A DNA stretch of 47,953 bases. It comes from Folioceros fuciformis. Its lineage: Eukaryota. The DNA lies in contig JBNGIO010001806.1 of NCBI GenBank assembly GCA_049999805.1, positions 1 through 47,953 of the forward strand, written 5' to 3'. Shown here in pieces: positions 36,211 to 46,109 of the stretch. Position 1 is the stretch's first letter; each line of letters opens with the position of its first letter. Both the position numbers and the translations under genes were made by a program. The notes beneath the pieces were generated by a model, which made no database searches, had not been told where the DNA came from, and was given only the letters and a program-made list of their open reading frames with translations.

Positions 36211-39200
36211 CTACAAGACGTTAATGATCTGTGCATTCAGCTCCTCCAGCGTCGTAATAATGCTTTCATTTCCCCGTCGCTTGTTCTTGTCTTTCACGGA
36301 AAACATAAGCACCCTCTCCCTGTGCTCGATCCAACTTTGCCCGGGCCTTTTCCTTCCACCTGCACCCCGTCTCATACGCTCTACTTGTCTGGCTTCCTCT
36401 GGCAGGCCGCTGAGGGCATATATGTTGGACATCAGGATATACGCAGCACTCTGTTTCGGTTCCAGTTCCACAGCAAGGTTGAAAGCACGCCTTCCTGACT
36501 CCATGTCGCCATGCTTCCTACAAGCACCGAGTAAAGACAGCCACATTGCAACATCAGGCTGCACTGGCATTGTCAACAGCAACGTTTCTGCCTGCTTCAG
36601 GAGTCCTGCTCGTCCAAGAAGGTCAATGACACAGGAGTAGTGCTGCCTCACTGCAGCAATTCTGTAGTCTCTGCTCATGGACATGAAGTACTGCAGGCCT
36701 TTTTCCACAGTGCCGGCATGACTGCACGCCGTGAAGAGACACACAAATGTGATTGCGTCTGGTCGTATGCCTGCGTCCTGCATTTGTTTGAAACATTGCA
36801 AGCTTCTTGTATAGTCTCCGTGCCGCGCATATCCCGAAATTAGTCCATTCCAGGCCACCACATCTTGCGTGGACAGTGTGTCAAATAACTGCTGAGCTTT
36901 AACCATCCGCCCGCATTTTCCGTAGGCATGTATGAGAGCAGTTGCCACCAGCACACTGTTCTCCATTCCGTTTTGTATCATATCATGCCGGATGTCGGTG
37001 CACATTCTCAAAGCTCCAACATTGCCGCAAGCTCTTAAGATGCAAAGAAATGTTGCCTCACTCAGTTTCACGCCCTCCCGTTTCATTCGCAGGTAAAGTT
37101 GGAGGGCTTTCAACTCTAGCTCTTGCTCAATGTAAGCGCCCATCATCGAATTCCAAGATACCACATCACGCCCCGGATGTGTGTCAAACACTTTCCGCGC
37201 ATCCACGACGCTGCCACATTTTGCGTACATGTTGATGAGACTGTTGCAAACAAACGTGTCTGATGCATAGCCTCTTCGACAGATCTCTGCATGCAATAGT
37301 GCACCCTTTTGTAGAGCATCTGCTTTCACTGTGTAGCCATCAACAATCTCGCCCTTCTCCATAGCTGCCAAGCTGCCGCATGCTTTTAGAGTGGCCACAT
37401 AGGTCCGACTATCAGGCAGAACACCCGCAGCTTGCATACCTGCAAAAGCTTGCAAAGCCCTGTCACCCTCTTCTTGTTCAGCATAACCAGCAATCATGGC
37501 ATTCCAGGAAACGACATCACGATCAGACAATGAGTCAAACACATGCCTGGCATCCTCAAGGCTCCCGCATTTAGCATACGTGTGAACAAGCGTGTTGCAG
37601 ACCATCCTGTGTGATCCATAGCCCTGACGAATTAGTTCTGCATGGATGGCTTTCCCCATCTGCAAAGCCCGTGATTTCACACGCTGACCGTTAGTAAAGG
37701 TGCACTCCTCCATATTTGCAGCAACTGCACATGCTTTCAGGGCACCCACAAATGTTCGACTGTCAGGTGTCACACCTTTCTGCTGCATTTGAACGTAAAG
37801 TTGCAAACCATCCTCACCTTGTTCTTGCTCAGCATATCCTGAGAGCATCGCATTCCATGACACCACATCACGTATCGACAATCTGTCAAAAACCTGCTGC
37901 GCGTCTGATACACTTCCACATTTGGAGTACATGTGGACAAGGGTGTTTCCAATGAAGACATCCAATTCATAGCTCCTTTCAACAGCTTCGGCATGGATTG
38001 CCTTTATCGCGTGCAGACACAGCACTTTGACAGGACGCCCTTCAACTAATGTCCAACGTTCAATGCTTGCCATCCCACTGCATGCCTTCAGCATACTCAC
38101 AAAAATCCTCTCATCTGGACTTACGCCTGCATCTTGCATTTGGATATATAACTTTAGAGCCTCGTCACTTAGTTCATGTTCAGCATACACTCCAAACATT
38201 ACATTCCATGCTATCAAATCACGCTGACTCATCAGGTTGAACACATATCTCGCATCTTGAATGCTCCCACATTTCGCATACATATGAACAAGGGCGTTTC
38301 CGATAAAAACATCTGATCCAAAACCTGCTTTACATATTTTCTCATGAATAGTCTTACCCCTCGCCAACGACTGAGTTTTGATTGGTCTCTCAAACATCAG
38401 CATTCCTTCCTCGTTAGCGACAACGCAGGCACATGCTTTTAGTACACTCGCAAAAATCCATTTGTTTTCGATTTCACCTTCTGCCTGCATTCGTGCATAG
38501 AGTGACAAAGCCTCCTCCCCTAGTTCTTGCTGGACGTATCCTAATATCATTGTATTCCACGACACCACATCCCTCTTATCCAATCTGTCAAAGACAGACT
38601 GTGCCTCCACCATGCTCCCACATTTGGCATACATGTCAACCAAAGCAGTGCCCACGAAAAAGTCCAACTCACATCTAGTTTTGGCAGCTTCTGCGTGGAT
38701 CTGTCTGCCTTCGTGTATCGCAGTAAAACTTGCACAGGCTTTCAATATGCTGGCAAGCGTATACTTGTTTGGCTTTACACCTTCCTCCTTCATTTTGTGG
38801 TACAAATCAAGGGCCTCTCGATCTCGTTCCTCCTTCACATATGATGATATCAACTCCGTCCATGCGGAGACTTTGCGCACGGGCAATCTGTGAAAAACTT
38901 GCAAGGCTTCTGAAAGACTCCCGCACTTCACAAGCATGATGACGATAGAGTTGCCCAGGTAGACATTCGATTCCAGCCCCTTGTTGGAAATGAAGCCATG
39001 CAGGAGATTGGCTTCCCTGATGGCCTTCTTCCTACTACAAGCTTGCAAGAGACACTCATAAGTTTCCATGGAGATCTGAGTGCCTTGCTCGTCCATCCAG
39101 TGCAGAGAAGTAAATGCCTCCTCCAGTCTTCCCTCCTCACACAGTTTCTTCAACTCTCCATCCTTGCACTGTACACTGCAGACAGAAAGCCGTTTAGAAC

Positions 39201-39984
39201 GCTCATTACCATGTAACTAACCATTCGTTGCACCAGACGTCAATATTTGTTTCTATCACTCATTTTACCAATACCGCATACTTGTTGATTTTCAGATCAC
39301 CTAGCTTTGTTGCGACCCAAGCAGGTGTGAAATGACTGCTGATACAAAGGGCACCATTCTTGGTCTTGTGTCGAAAGTCTGGTTGCTGGGGATTTTTCTG
39401 TTCAGAAGACAGTGAGGCTTAAAAGTAATGTTTCTAAAAGTTACACCGCGATCCACCTGCAGCAACTGATTGTCAGCAAAGCGTAAAACACATACCTTGT
39501 TCAGCCTATTGTCCCACCATAGGGAAGGATCTTTAAAGAATTCTTGCCAAAGGAGCTCCTGCCTCTCCTTTTTCTTTGCTTCGCTGTATGCCTTAAAGCC
39601 TACACGAAAGCGGCTACTGGCATAAGCACAATCACCAGTGAGTAAAGGTTTTGATCGAAACAGTCACGTGAGAGTCTCACCTGCAGCAGGAGATTCGGAG
39701 TCGTGTCCTTGTTCTACGACCTGTAGCTCTTGTCCTATCCAGGCGGACCTCCCTTCAATGTGCATCCTCAAATGTTCGTTCCCTACCTGATGAAGCAGAT
39801 CAGGCTTGGTGGAAGATGTCTGCAGACTCCAAGCTTTCAACTCCCTTGAGCTGGCCCCCGTTATGGTGCCGTAGAACCCACCTCCAGCAGTGTTTTGACC
39901 CATAACTGCTGCAATCATCTCAACTTCATGACCCAGTCCGGCAGAATTCAAGGAAACCTTTCCGCAGCAGCTTGCCACTATCAT
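36211..39984 (-). CDS. PLS-class PPR protein, E+ type (PG box, truncated DYW), with long-L motifs and an intron-split N-terminal PDF motif; start codon uncertain
   Basis: The main exon (about 39175-36211) has P-L-S triplets, E1/E2 and KRPGQSWIE, then a stop before any HxE motif. Upstream phase-compatible exons end at 39681, span 39599-39496 (ELLWQEFFKDPSLWWDNRLNK) and span 39397 to about 39280 (KNPQQPDFRHKTKNGALCISSHFTPAWV). Confidence 0.88.
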
Positions 39985-41274
39985 CCGCTCGAATGCTACC
40001 CAGTTTTTGCAACTGTCGACATAATGGAGGGCACCAACGTCCTTGGCAGATTCTAGGAGTTGGTGAAGTTGGTGATGTTAGTGAATGCTCTGGCTCTGTC
40101 TGCGGCGAGATATCGTGCTTACCATTCTCCATGGTGAGAAGCATGATGCCTCTCCGAATTTCTAGCTTATGCCAGGGCTCGCTGGCCAGTTGGGACTCCC
40201 GGGCATCAAGCTAGCCTATCTCCAGGTGCTGGATCCTACCAGCCTGTTGCTCCAGATTACCGCGTCCCTGTCATTGTTCAGGGCCACTATAGCTATGCTC
40301 CCAACAGATCACGAGCTCCTGAGCTTCATGCAGTGCGATTGCTGCATCACTCTCTCACCATGTGTTGAGCTAACCGTTCAGGGCTGGGACGTTCGGAGTG
40401 CTCTCATACATGCTCCGAACGACTGCTGCAATCCCCTTTTACGATGTTTGCCATCTTTGGTGAAACTGATTTCGGATGTGTGGGATCAGAATGTGGGTCT
40501 CCGCCTGCTGCATCTTGTCATCTATGTGAGCCAACAATCAGAAAAGTACGGTGTGAAGACAAGGAGGAGGGAGGGTGCTGAGAAAGAAGCCTCCTAAAAG
40601 ATTCTGTGATGTAAGCAAATGAGAACTGCTTGGAATCCGTGACTACTCCGTGGCGTACGAGGAATAGCTCGATGGGGCTGCCTGCCGTTTTACTTCCAGA
40701 TAATTCTGCAAATATTTGCAAACAAAGGCTTCCTCAAAACCTGTTCGGCACCATTCAAGCCAAAACGGCCTGGACCTATCTAGGATGCAACGATGAAATG
40801 CATGTAGTAGATAGCCAAGGGCTGAATAAGATGGCTGGACGAAATGCATCCCTGGACGGCCGACATTATCGAATATCATTTCATCGGAAAGCCTAAAGGA
40901 CCTAGAAAGAAAGCTGCAACCATCTCAAATCAGATCCGGCGTATCATGCGATTTAGCAAGAGGGACGTCCAGCCATCCCGATGTCAGGCACAAGGCTTCC
41001 AAGGAGGCGCGGTGGCTGCATAACCAAGACATGCCCGCGGTGGATGGGTGGCCCTCGGGCAGGAGGCTGGTGCTCGAAAACGACGCTTTTCCGCATGAGG
41101 TCTTCCAAAGCCAACGTGTAGTGTACAAGATGATGAAGCTACATCGAGACGTGTACGTTTGTTCACTTAGAGCAGGTTCTGTATGCAGGATATCAGCTGG
41201 ATGCCGTTCAATCGCATTTCGTCTCATTCCAGCACCGAGATAGATTTCAATGGCCATGCCGGGAAACTGCTGAA

Positions 41275-44130
41275 TTAGTGGCGATCTCCACACGAGCACG
41301 ACCCCTGTACAAAACGATGCACAGAATGTGCATCTCTAACCGTGATCTCTCGTTTTTCCACACGTGACAAAACCTTCGTGCTACTATGGCAATCACTGCA
41401 CATGAGGAGATTCTTTGTGACCAGCAACGGTGTGCCTTCGGGTGTATTGAGTAGACCATACGCCAGTGCTAGCTTCTCAGCATGCCCACAAAGGGCATCT
41501 TCCTTCTCCTTTTCTGATACTGCCCTGAGCACTAATTCTGTTCGGGGAGTATGCCCTTCCTCCTTCAATCTCAAATTCACGCTCGTCAGTTTCGAAGAGA
41601 TGTCATTCCTCTTTTCCCCTACCGTAAACTCGTGCACCTTGTCCCTCACTTCAATGGTGGCTTTAGCTGGCTTCTTCTTAGCCCCTGCAGACTTCCTCAT
41701 GTTTTCTAGTCTCTCCACCTCTCCCCATCGCCCACAATTTGCATACATACTACCCAACATCACATACGCAGCTGCATTTTCAGGTTCCACAGCTATCACA
41801 CGACCAAAACACCTGCCTGCACGCTCTATGTCGCCATGGCTTTTGCAGGCACTCAGCAAAGATGTCCATCCCACTATAGCCCTCTCGGAAGGCAGGGTCT
41901 GCAAAATTTTCTCCGCCTCATCCAAACGGCCTGAGCGCCCAAGCAGATCCACCATGCAATGGTAGTGGTCCAATTCGGGCGTGATGCCATGCTCCTGCTC
42001 CATTTTTTCAAAATACTGCTCTCCCTCAGCTACAAGACCCTCGCGACTACAGGCTACTAGAAGGCAAATGAAGGTTGCTTTGTTGGGCTGCACTCCTTGC
42101 TGTTGCATTTCTTGGAAACACGTCACTGCTTGGCTGCCATCGTTACACTGGCCGTAGCCATTGATCATGACATTCCACGTGACCACATCCCTTTTGGGCA
42201 TCCTGTCAAAAACCTCACGAGCATCCACCAAACTCCCACATTTCGCATACATATCCACAAGGCAGTTGGAGACAACCACATGACCTTCGTGGCAGCTTTC
42301 CTTTATCTGTGCATGCAGTTGCTTTCCCTGCTGCAAAGCTCCAACTGTTGCACAAGCTTTTAAGAGGCAGGTAAAGGTAAAGTGATCAGCTGGTGTCATG
42401 CCCTCCTGTTGCATCCTTGTATGAAGGGCTAGAGCTTCTAGACCCAGCCCTTGCTGAACATAGCCGTTGATCATGCTTGTCCATGTCAGCACATCTCTGG
42501 TGGGCATTTCATTAAACACTTGTAGAGCATCACCTACGCTTCCGCATTTGGCATACATGTTGATGAGGCAATTACCAACTACCAGACCAGGTTCAAAGCC
42601 TCTGTCCTTAATCTGCGCATGGATTAGCTTGCCCTGAACCAAATCCCCTACGCTGCCACATGCCTTGAGGAGGCAAGCAAATGTGAACTGATTGGCTGAA
42701 GTAACGCCGTCATCTCCCATTCTTGCATACACAGCAAGGGCTTCCTGACCCAGTCCTTCCTGTACGTAACCGTTGATCATGGCAGTCCATGTCACCACAT
42801 TCTTTGAAGGCAACCTATCAAAAATTCTACGAGCTTCCTCTAAGCTCCCACATTTAGCAAACATGTCCACCAGACAACTGCCAACGAGCACATCAGCCTC
42901 AAGTCCCAGTTTCTGAATTCGCGCATGAAGTTGCTTCCCCTGTTGCAAAGCTCTCTCGCTCCCACATGCTTTCAATAGACACACAAATGTGGCTTGCTCA
43001 ACTAGGCTTATGCCCTGCTGCTCCATGTTCGCGTACAGAGCAAGCGCCTTCTTACTAAATCCTTGGCGCACATATCCATTCATCATGACATTCCATGTTA
43101 CTACAGTTCTTGAGGACATCCCATCGAATACACGGCGAGCATCTTGTAGGCTCCCACATTTCGCATACATATCGACGAGACAGCTCAAAACGTACTCATC
43201 GGGTTCCTCTTCACCGTTCAGAATGTCATCATGCACCTCCTTACCGGAAGCCAAATCTACTGCAGCAATGCATGCTTTTAGGACTGCCACAAATATTCGA
43301 TTATCTGCCTTCCCCTTTACCCTCCGCATAAGCCCGTAGAGCTTGATTGCCTGTTTGGGCTGTCCGTGCCTAGCATGCGCAAAAATTATGGACGCCCACA
43401 TTTGGTTGCTAGGCTGAGACAGCTTGTAGAAAACCTGACCCGCTTCTGCCAACCTCCCATGCGAAGCGTACATGCATATAACATGGTTGGCCAAGAACGC
43501 GTTTGACTCATAGCCGCATTTCACAAGAAGGGCGTGGACACGGCTGCCGAGAGCTAGATCCTTGTGAGCAATGCACCTCTTCAAGAGGCGGTAAAAAAAG
43601 GAATTGTCGATATGCGATCCTCTCTCCACGAGGAGCTCCAGGCCTCGCACAGTCTCATCGAGCTTCCCGTCCTCCAATAACGTGCTCCAATTCTCCAAGC
43701 TCAGGCTCAGCGCATCCGAGCCTGGAAGAGATGGCCTTCCAGAAGCGGAGGTGGAAGCCATTTGCGTTCCCAACTGCACATCCAAAATGGCGAGCCGGGA
43801 ATCCACCCAAGCAGGCTTGTACTTGCTGTTGAGCCATAGGACCTCCTTGGACCTCTTGTGCCTGAAGTCGGGATGGCGGGGACTTGTCTTGTCCTGCCTT
43901 CTGTCCCACCACTGCGTAGGATCCGCGAAGACGTCCTGCCAGAGGAGCTCCATCCGCCCCGGCTGAGCGGCCCCTTCATCGCCGCTATCACACTGCAACG
44001 GGCCAGTAAGCTTGGCTGGTGGGCGGCTCCAGGTCGCCACCTGTTGCATGTGGGAATCATTCGGGGAGGTAGTCGGTTGCTCGCCCACCACGTTCTTAAC
44101 AGGCTGCAGGAAGCTGAGTGACAGAGCCAT
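41275..44130 (-). CDS. PLS-class PPR protein with DYW:KP (KPAxA/DRH) deaminase domain and N-terminal PDF motif, single exon; alternative ATG at 44307
   Basis: P-L-S arrays, E1/E2, KKPAKATIEV, HAEKLA, KNLLMCSDCH and terminal CSCGDRH. N-terminal LWQDVFADPTQWWDRRQDKTSPRHPDFRHKRSKEVLWL. Confidence 0.93.
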   Translation of the reverse strand: MALSLSFLQPVKNVVGEQPTTSPNDSHMQQVATWSRPPAKLTGPLQCDSGDEGAAQPGRMELLWQDVFADPTQWWDRRQDKTSPRHPDFRHKRSKEVLWLNSKYKPAWVDSRLAILDVQLGTQMASTSASGRPSLPGSDALSLSLENWSTLLEDGKLDETVRGLELLVERGSHIDNSFFYRLLKRCIAHKDLALGSRVHALLVKCGYESNAFLANHVICMYASHGRLAEAGQVFYKLSQPSNQMWASIIFAHARHGQPKQAIKLYGLMRRVKGKADNRIFVAVLKACIAAVDLASGKEVHDDILNGEEEPDEYVLSCLVDMYAKCGSLQDARRVFDGMSSRTVVTWNVMMNGYVRQGFSKKALALYANMEQQGISLVEQATFVCLLKACGSERALQQGKQLHARIQKLGLEADVLVGSCLVDMFAKCGSLEEARRIFDRLPSKNVVTWTAMINGYVQEGLGQEALAVYARMGDDGVTSANQFTFACLLKACGSVGDLVQGKLIHAQIKDRGFEPGLVVGNCLINMYAKCGSVGDALQVFNEMPTRDVLTWTSMINGYVQQGLGLEALALHTRMQQEGMTPADHFTFTCLLKACATVGALQQGKQLHAQIKESCHEGHVVVSNCLVDMYAKCGSLVDAREVFDRMPKRDVVTWNVMINGYGQCNDGSQAVTCFQEMQQQGVQPNKATFICLLVACSREGLVAEGEQYFEKMEQEHGITPELDHYHCMVDLLGRSGRLDEAEKILQTLPSERAIVGWTSLLSACKSHGDIERAGRCFGRVIAVEPENAAAYVMLGSMYANCGRWGEVERLENMRKSAGAKKKPAKATIEVRDKVHEFTVGEKRNDISSKLTSVNLRLKEEGHTPRTELVLRAVSEKEKEDALCGHAEKLALAYGLLNTPEGTPLLVTKNLLMCSDCHSSTKVLSRVEKREITVRDAHSVHRFVQGSCSCGDRH

Positions 44131-44488
44131 CAGTGCAGCCAGACGCTGTGGTTGCCAGTGCGCTGTACAAAGCGTAGGAGTAGACACATGCGCATTATCC
44201 GGTGGCCAGAGGAAGTGAGGGCAATGCTTGAGGTAACTGTCGCAAAAGGAAAGTGAGTATGTTTGTTTGGATTTTCGTGTCACAGTTTCCGACTGGAAAA
44301 GGAACATCGAACGCCGACGTGGTGAAGCGCCTACTCGACACACACTTGTCACTCGTCTGTGTGAGCAAGTCCAACCCTCGAATGGCGGAGTAGCGAGTAA
44401 ACTCGGACGGCTCCACAGGTGAGACAGCAGATTTGCCTTGTGCCTGGTCTTGTTGGCTTTCCCTGCTTGTTGTTACCTGGTGCCCCTG

Positions 44489-45855
44489 ATGGTTGCGCAT
44501 CGACATCCACAGAACAAGGAAGAGAGTGCTGCTGCCGAACAGCAGGATCGAGAGAAGGAAAAACGGAAGGGCCGTCCTGGCAGAAGGAAGCCTGGAGAAG
44601 GTTGGTAGAGGCTAGTGTTGTGCATGCTGATGTCGATTCAGGTCCTGGCTGCTGACAGCTTTGGAGGCTGGCGGGACAGATGACGAGGGGCAGGGGGCAG
44701 GTCCAGGAGAGGAGTCTGAGGAAGAGCTTGAGAAGAAGGCTTGGGCGGCGCCGAGACGGGGGAGGAAGCGATGCTCTGTGGCTGCCAGGTCCCAGCATTC
44801 AATTGACGAGGGCGCAAGTGAAGCAGAGAACAGTGATGATGAGAAATGTGGAGAAACGACATCATGCAGAGGCAAAGCTGTAGGTCGCCGGACTCGGACT
44901 GCCGAGAAGCATGGTGAGCATGAGGCTCAAGGTCGCAGCTCCAGGGTAAAGAAAGCGTCCTCAGTTTCCAGGTCTGCAACTGAAAACGAAGATGGAGAAG
45001 ATGCAGCTACAAACGTCGCACTTGCGGACAAGGTTCTCGACACACACCCTGAAGAACGTGCTACTGGGCATAAGGCCAAGACGAGTAAGATGGAGGAGGC
45101 AAAGTCAGACGATGAGGAGGATGACGGGGAGAAGGATAGTATTTCAGAGGGTGATGCTGGGGGATCGGAATCGGATGAGGACGCAGAAGAGCATCCGCCT
45201 GATGAAGTCTGGGCGACCAAGTCAGCAGTGCTACTGCTGTGGGTTGCAGTGGTTGCGGAAAGGGAGGGCTCCACGTTTGAGGAAGGGCTGACCTACGGAC
45301 GGGCCATAGCTGCGTTGCTTGCACGCGCCAAGCTGCGGAAATTCGGTGTGATGCGGCTCCCTCGGAATTTCGGCTTGGGCTTGGGGGGAATGGGCAGGGT
45401 GAATGCGGAGCGGCGGAGGCGAGAAGGCGAGGAGATCGGGCAGGTGGACGTATTCGGTGGGAAGAGGGTGTTCGTGAAGTACGCGGATGGCTTACGTCTG
45501 GCTGCTGATCCTACAGGCAGGATCGTTGCTCCGGACGAAGTAAAAGAGTATCTGCGGAGGCAGTTTGGCAAGCACTTGGATGAGGTGAAAGGTAAGCGCA
45601 CCTATCCTCACGCCTTTCAAGTGTGAATTACAAGTGCAAGCGCCTTGTGTATCTCTCACTGTCTTGGTTGCAGAGGCCATGGAGAGACTTGCAAGAGCAT
45701 ACGCCAAGGAAAAGATCGGTAATGTGGCCTACAGTCATTACCAGAAATTCAGACCGCAGGTTCCCGATGACCTAAAAGGCTTTAGATGTAGAGGCTCCCT
45801 TCACCTGAGCAACCTTTTGGACTTCGCCGTGGATGCTGAGCACAATTCTGCATAA
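44489..45855 (+). CDS. Acidic, disordered N-terminus plus an uncharacterised conserved C-terminal domain; 3 predicted exons
   Basis: Exons 44489-44600, 44659-45591 and 45674-45855 have matching phase-1 GT-AG introns. Motifs AVLLLWVAVVAEREG, EEGLTYGRAIA, VKEYLRRQFG, EAMERLA and AYSHYQKFRPQVP. Confidence 0.75.
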
Positions 45856-45894
45856 TAAAGGCGTCCATGTGACACTGCGTATGTGCATATACGT

Positions 45895-46085
45895 AAATCT
45901 CTCATTTTCCCATTCCACATCACCACATTCTTTTTCCCAGAGTGCATCAAACACTCTCCGAGCGTCATCCAAGTGTGGAGTGCGTCATCCAAGACTCCAC
46001 ATGACGAGCAGATTCCCATCCAAGACTCCACATGACGAGCAGATTCCCATCCAAGACTCCACATGACGAGCAGATTCCCTGGGAA
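45895..46085 (-). pseudogene. Short PPR gene fragment, partly amplified into a 31-bp tandem repeat (45986-46078, 3 copies)
   Basis: Minus-strand pieces GNLLV, CGVLDDA, LDDARRVFDAL and KNVVMWNG; repeat unit catccaagactccacatgacgagcagattcc. Confidence 0.6.
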
Positions 46086-46109
46086 ATGGCAGAGTTTGCT
46101 TTTTTTTGG

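Noticed and set aside
40518-40721. IELFLVRHG resembling a histidine phosphatase RHG motif
   Set aside because: Short ORF with a non-ATG start and no other family motifs; likely chance.
41342-41965. Long plus-strand ORFs overlapping the PPR, Treslin-like, TDT and CBS genes
   Set aside because: They are antisense shadows of real coding sequence with no independent motifs.
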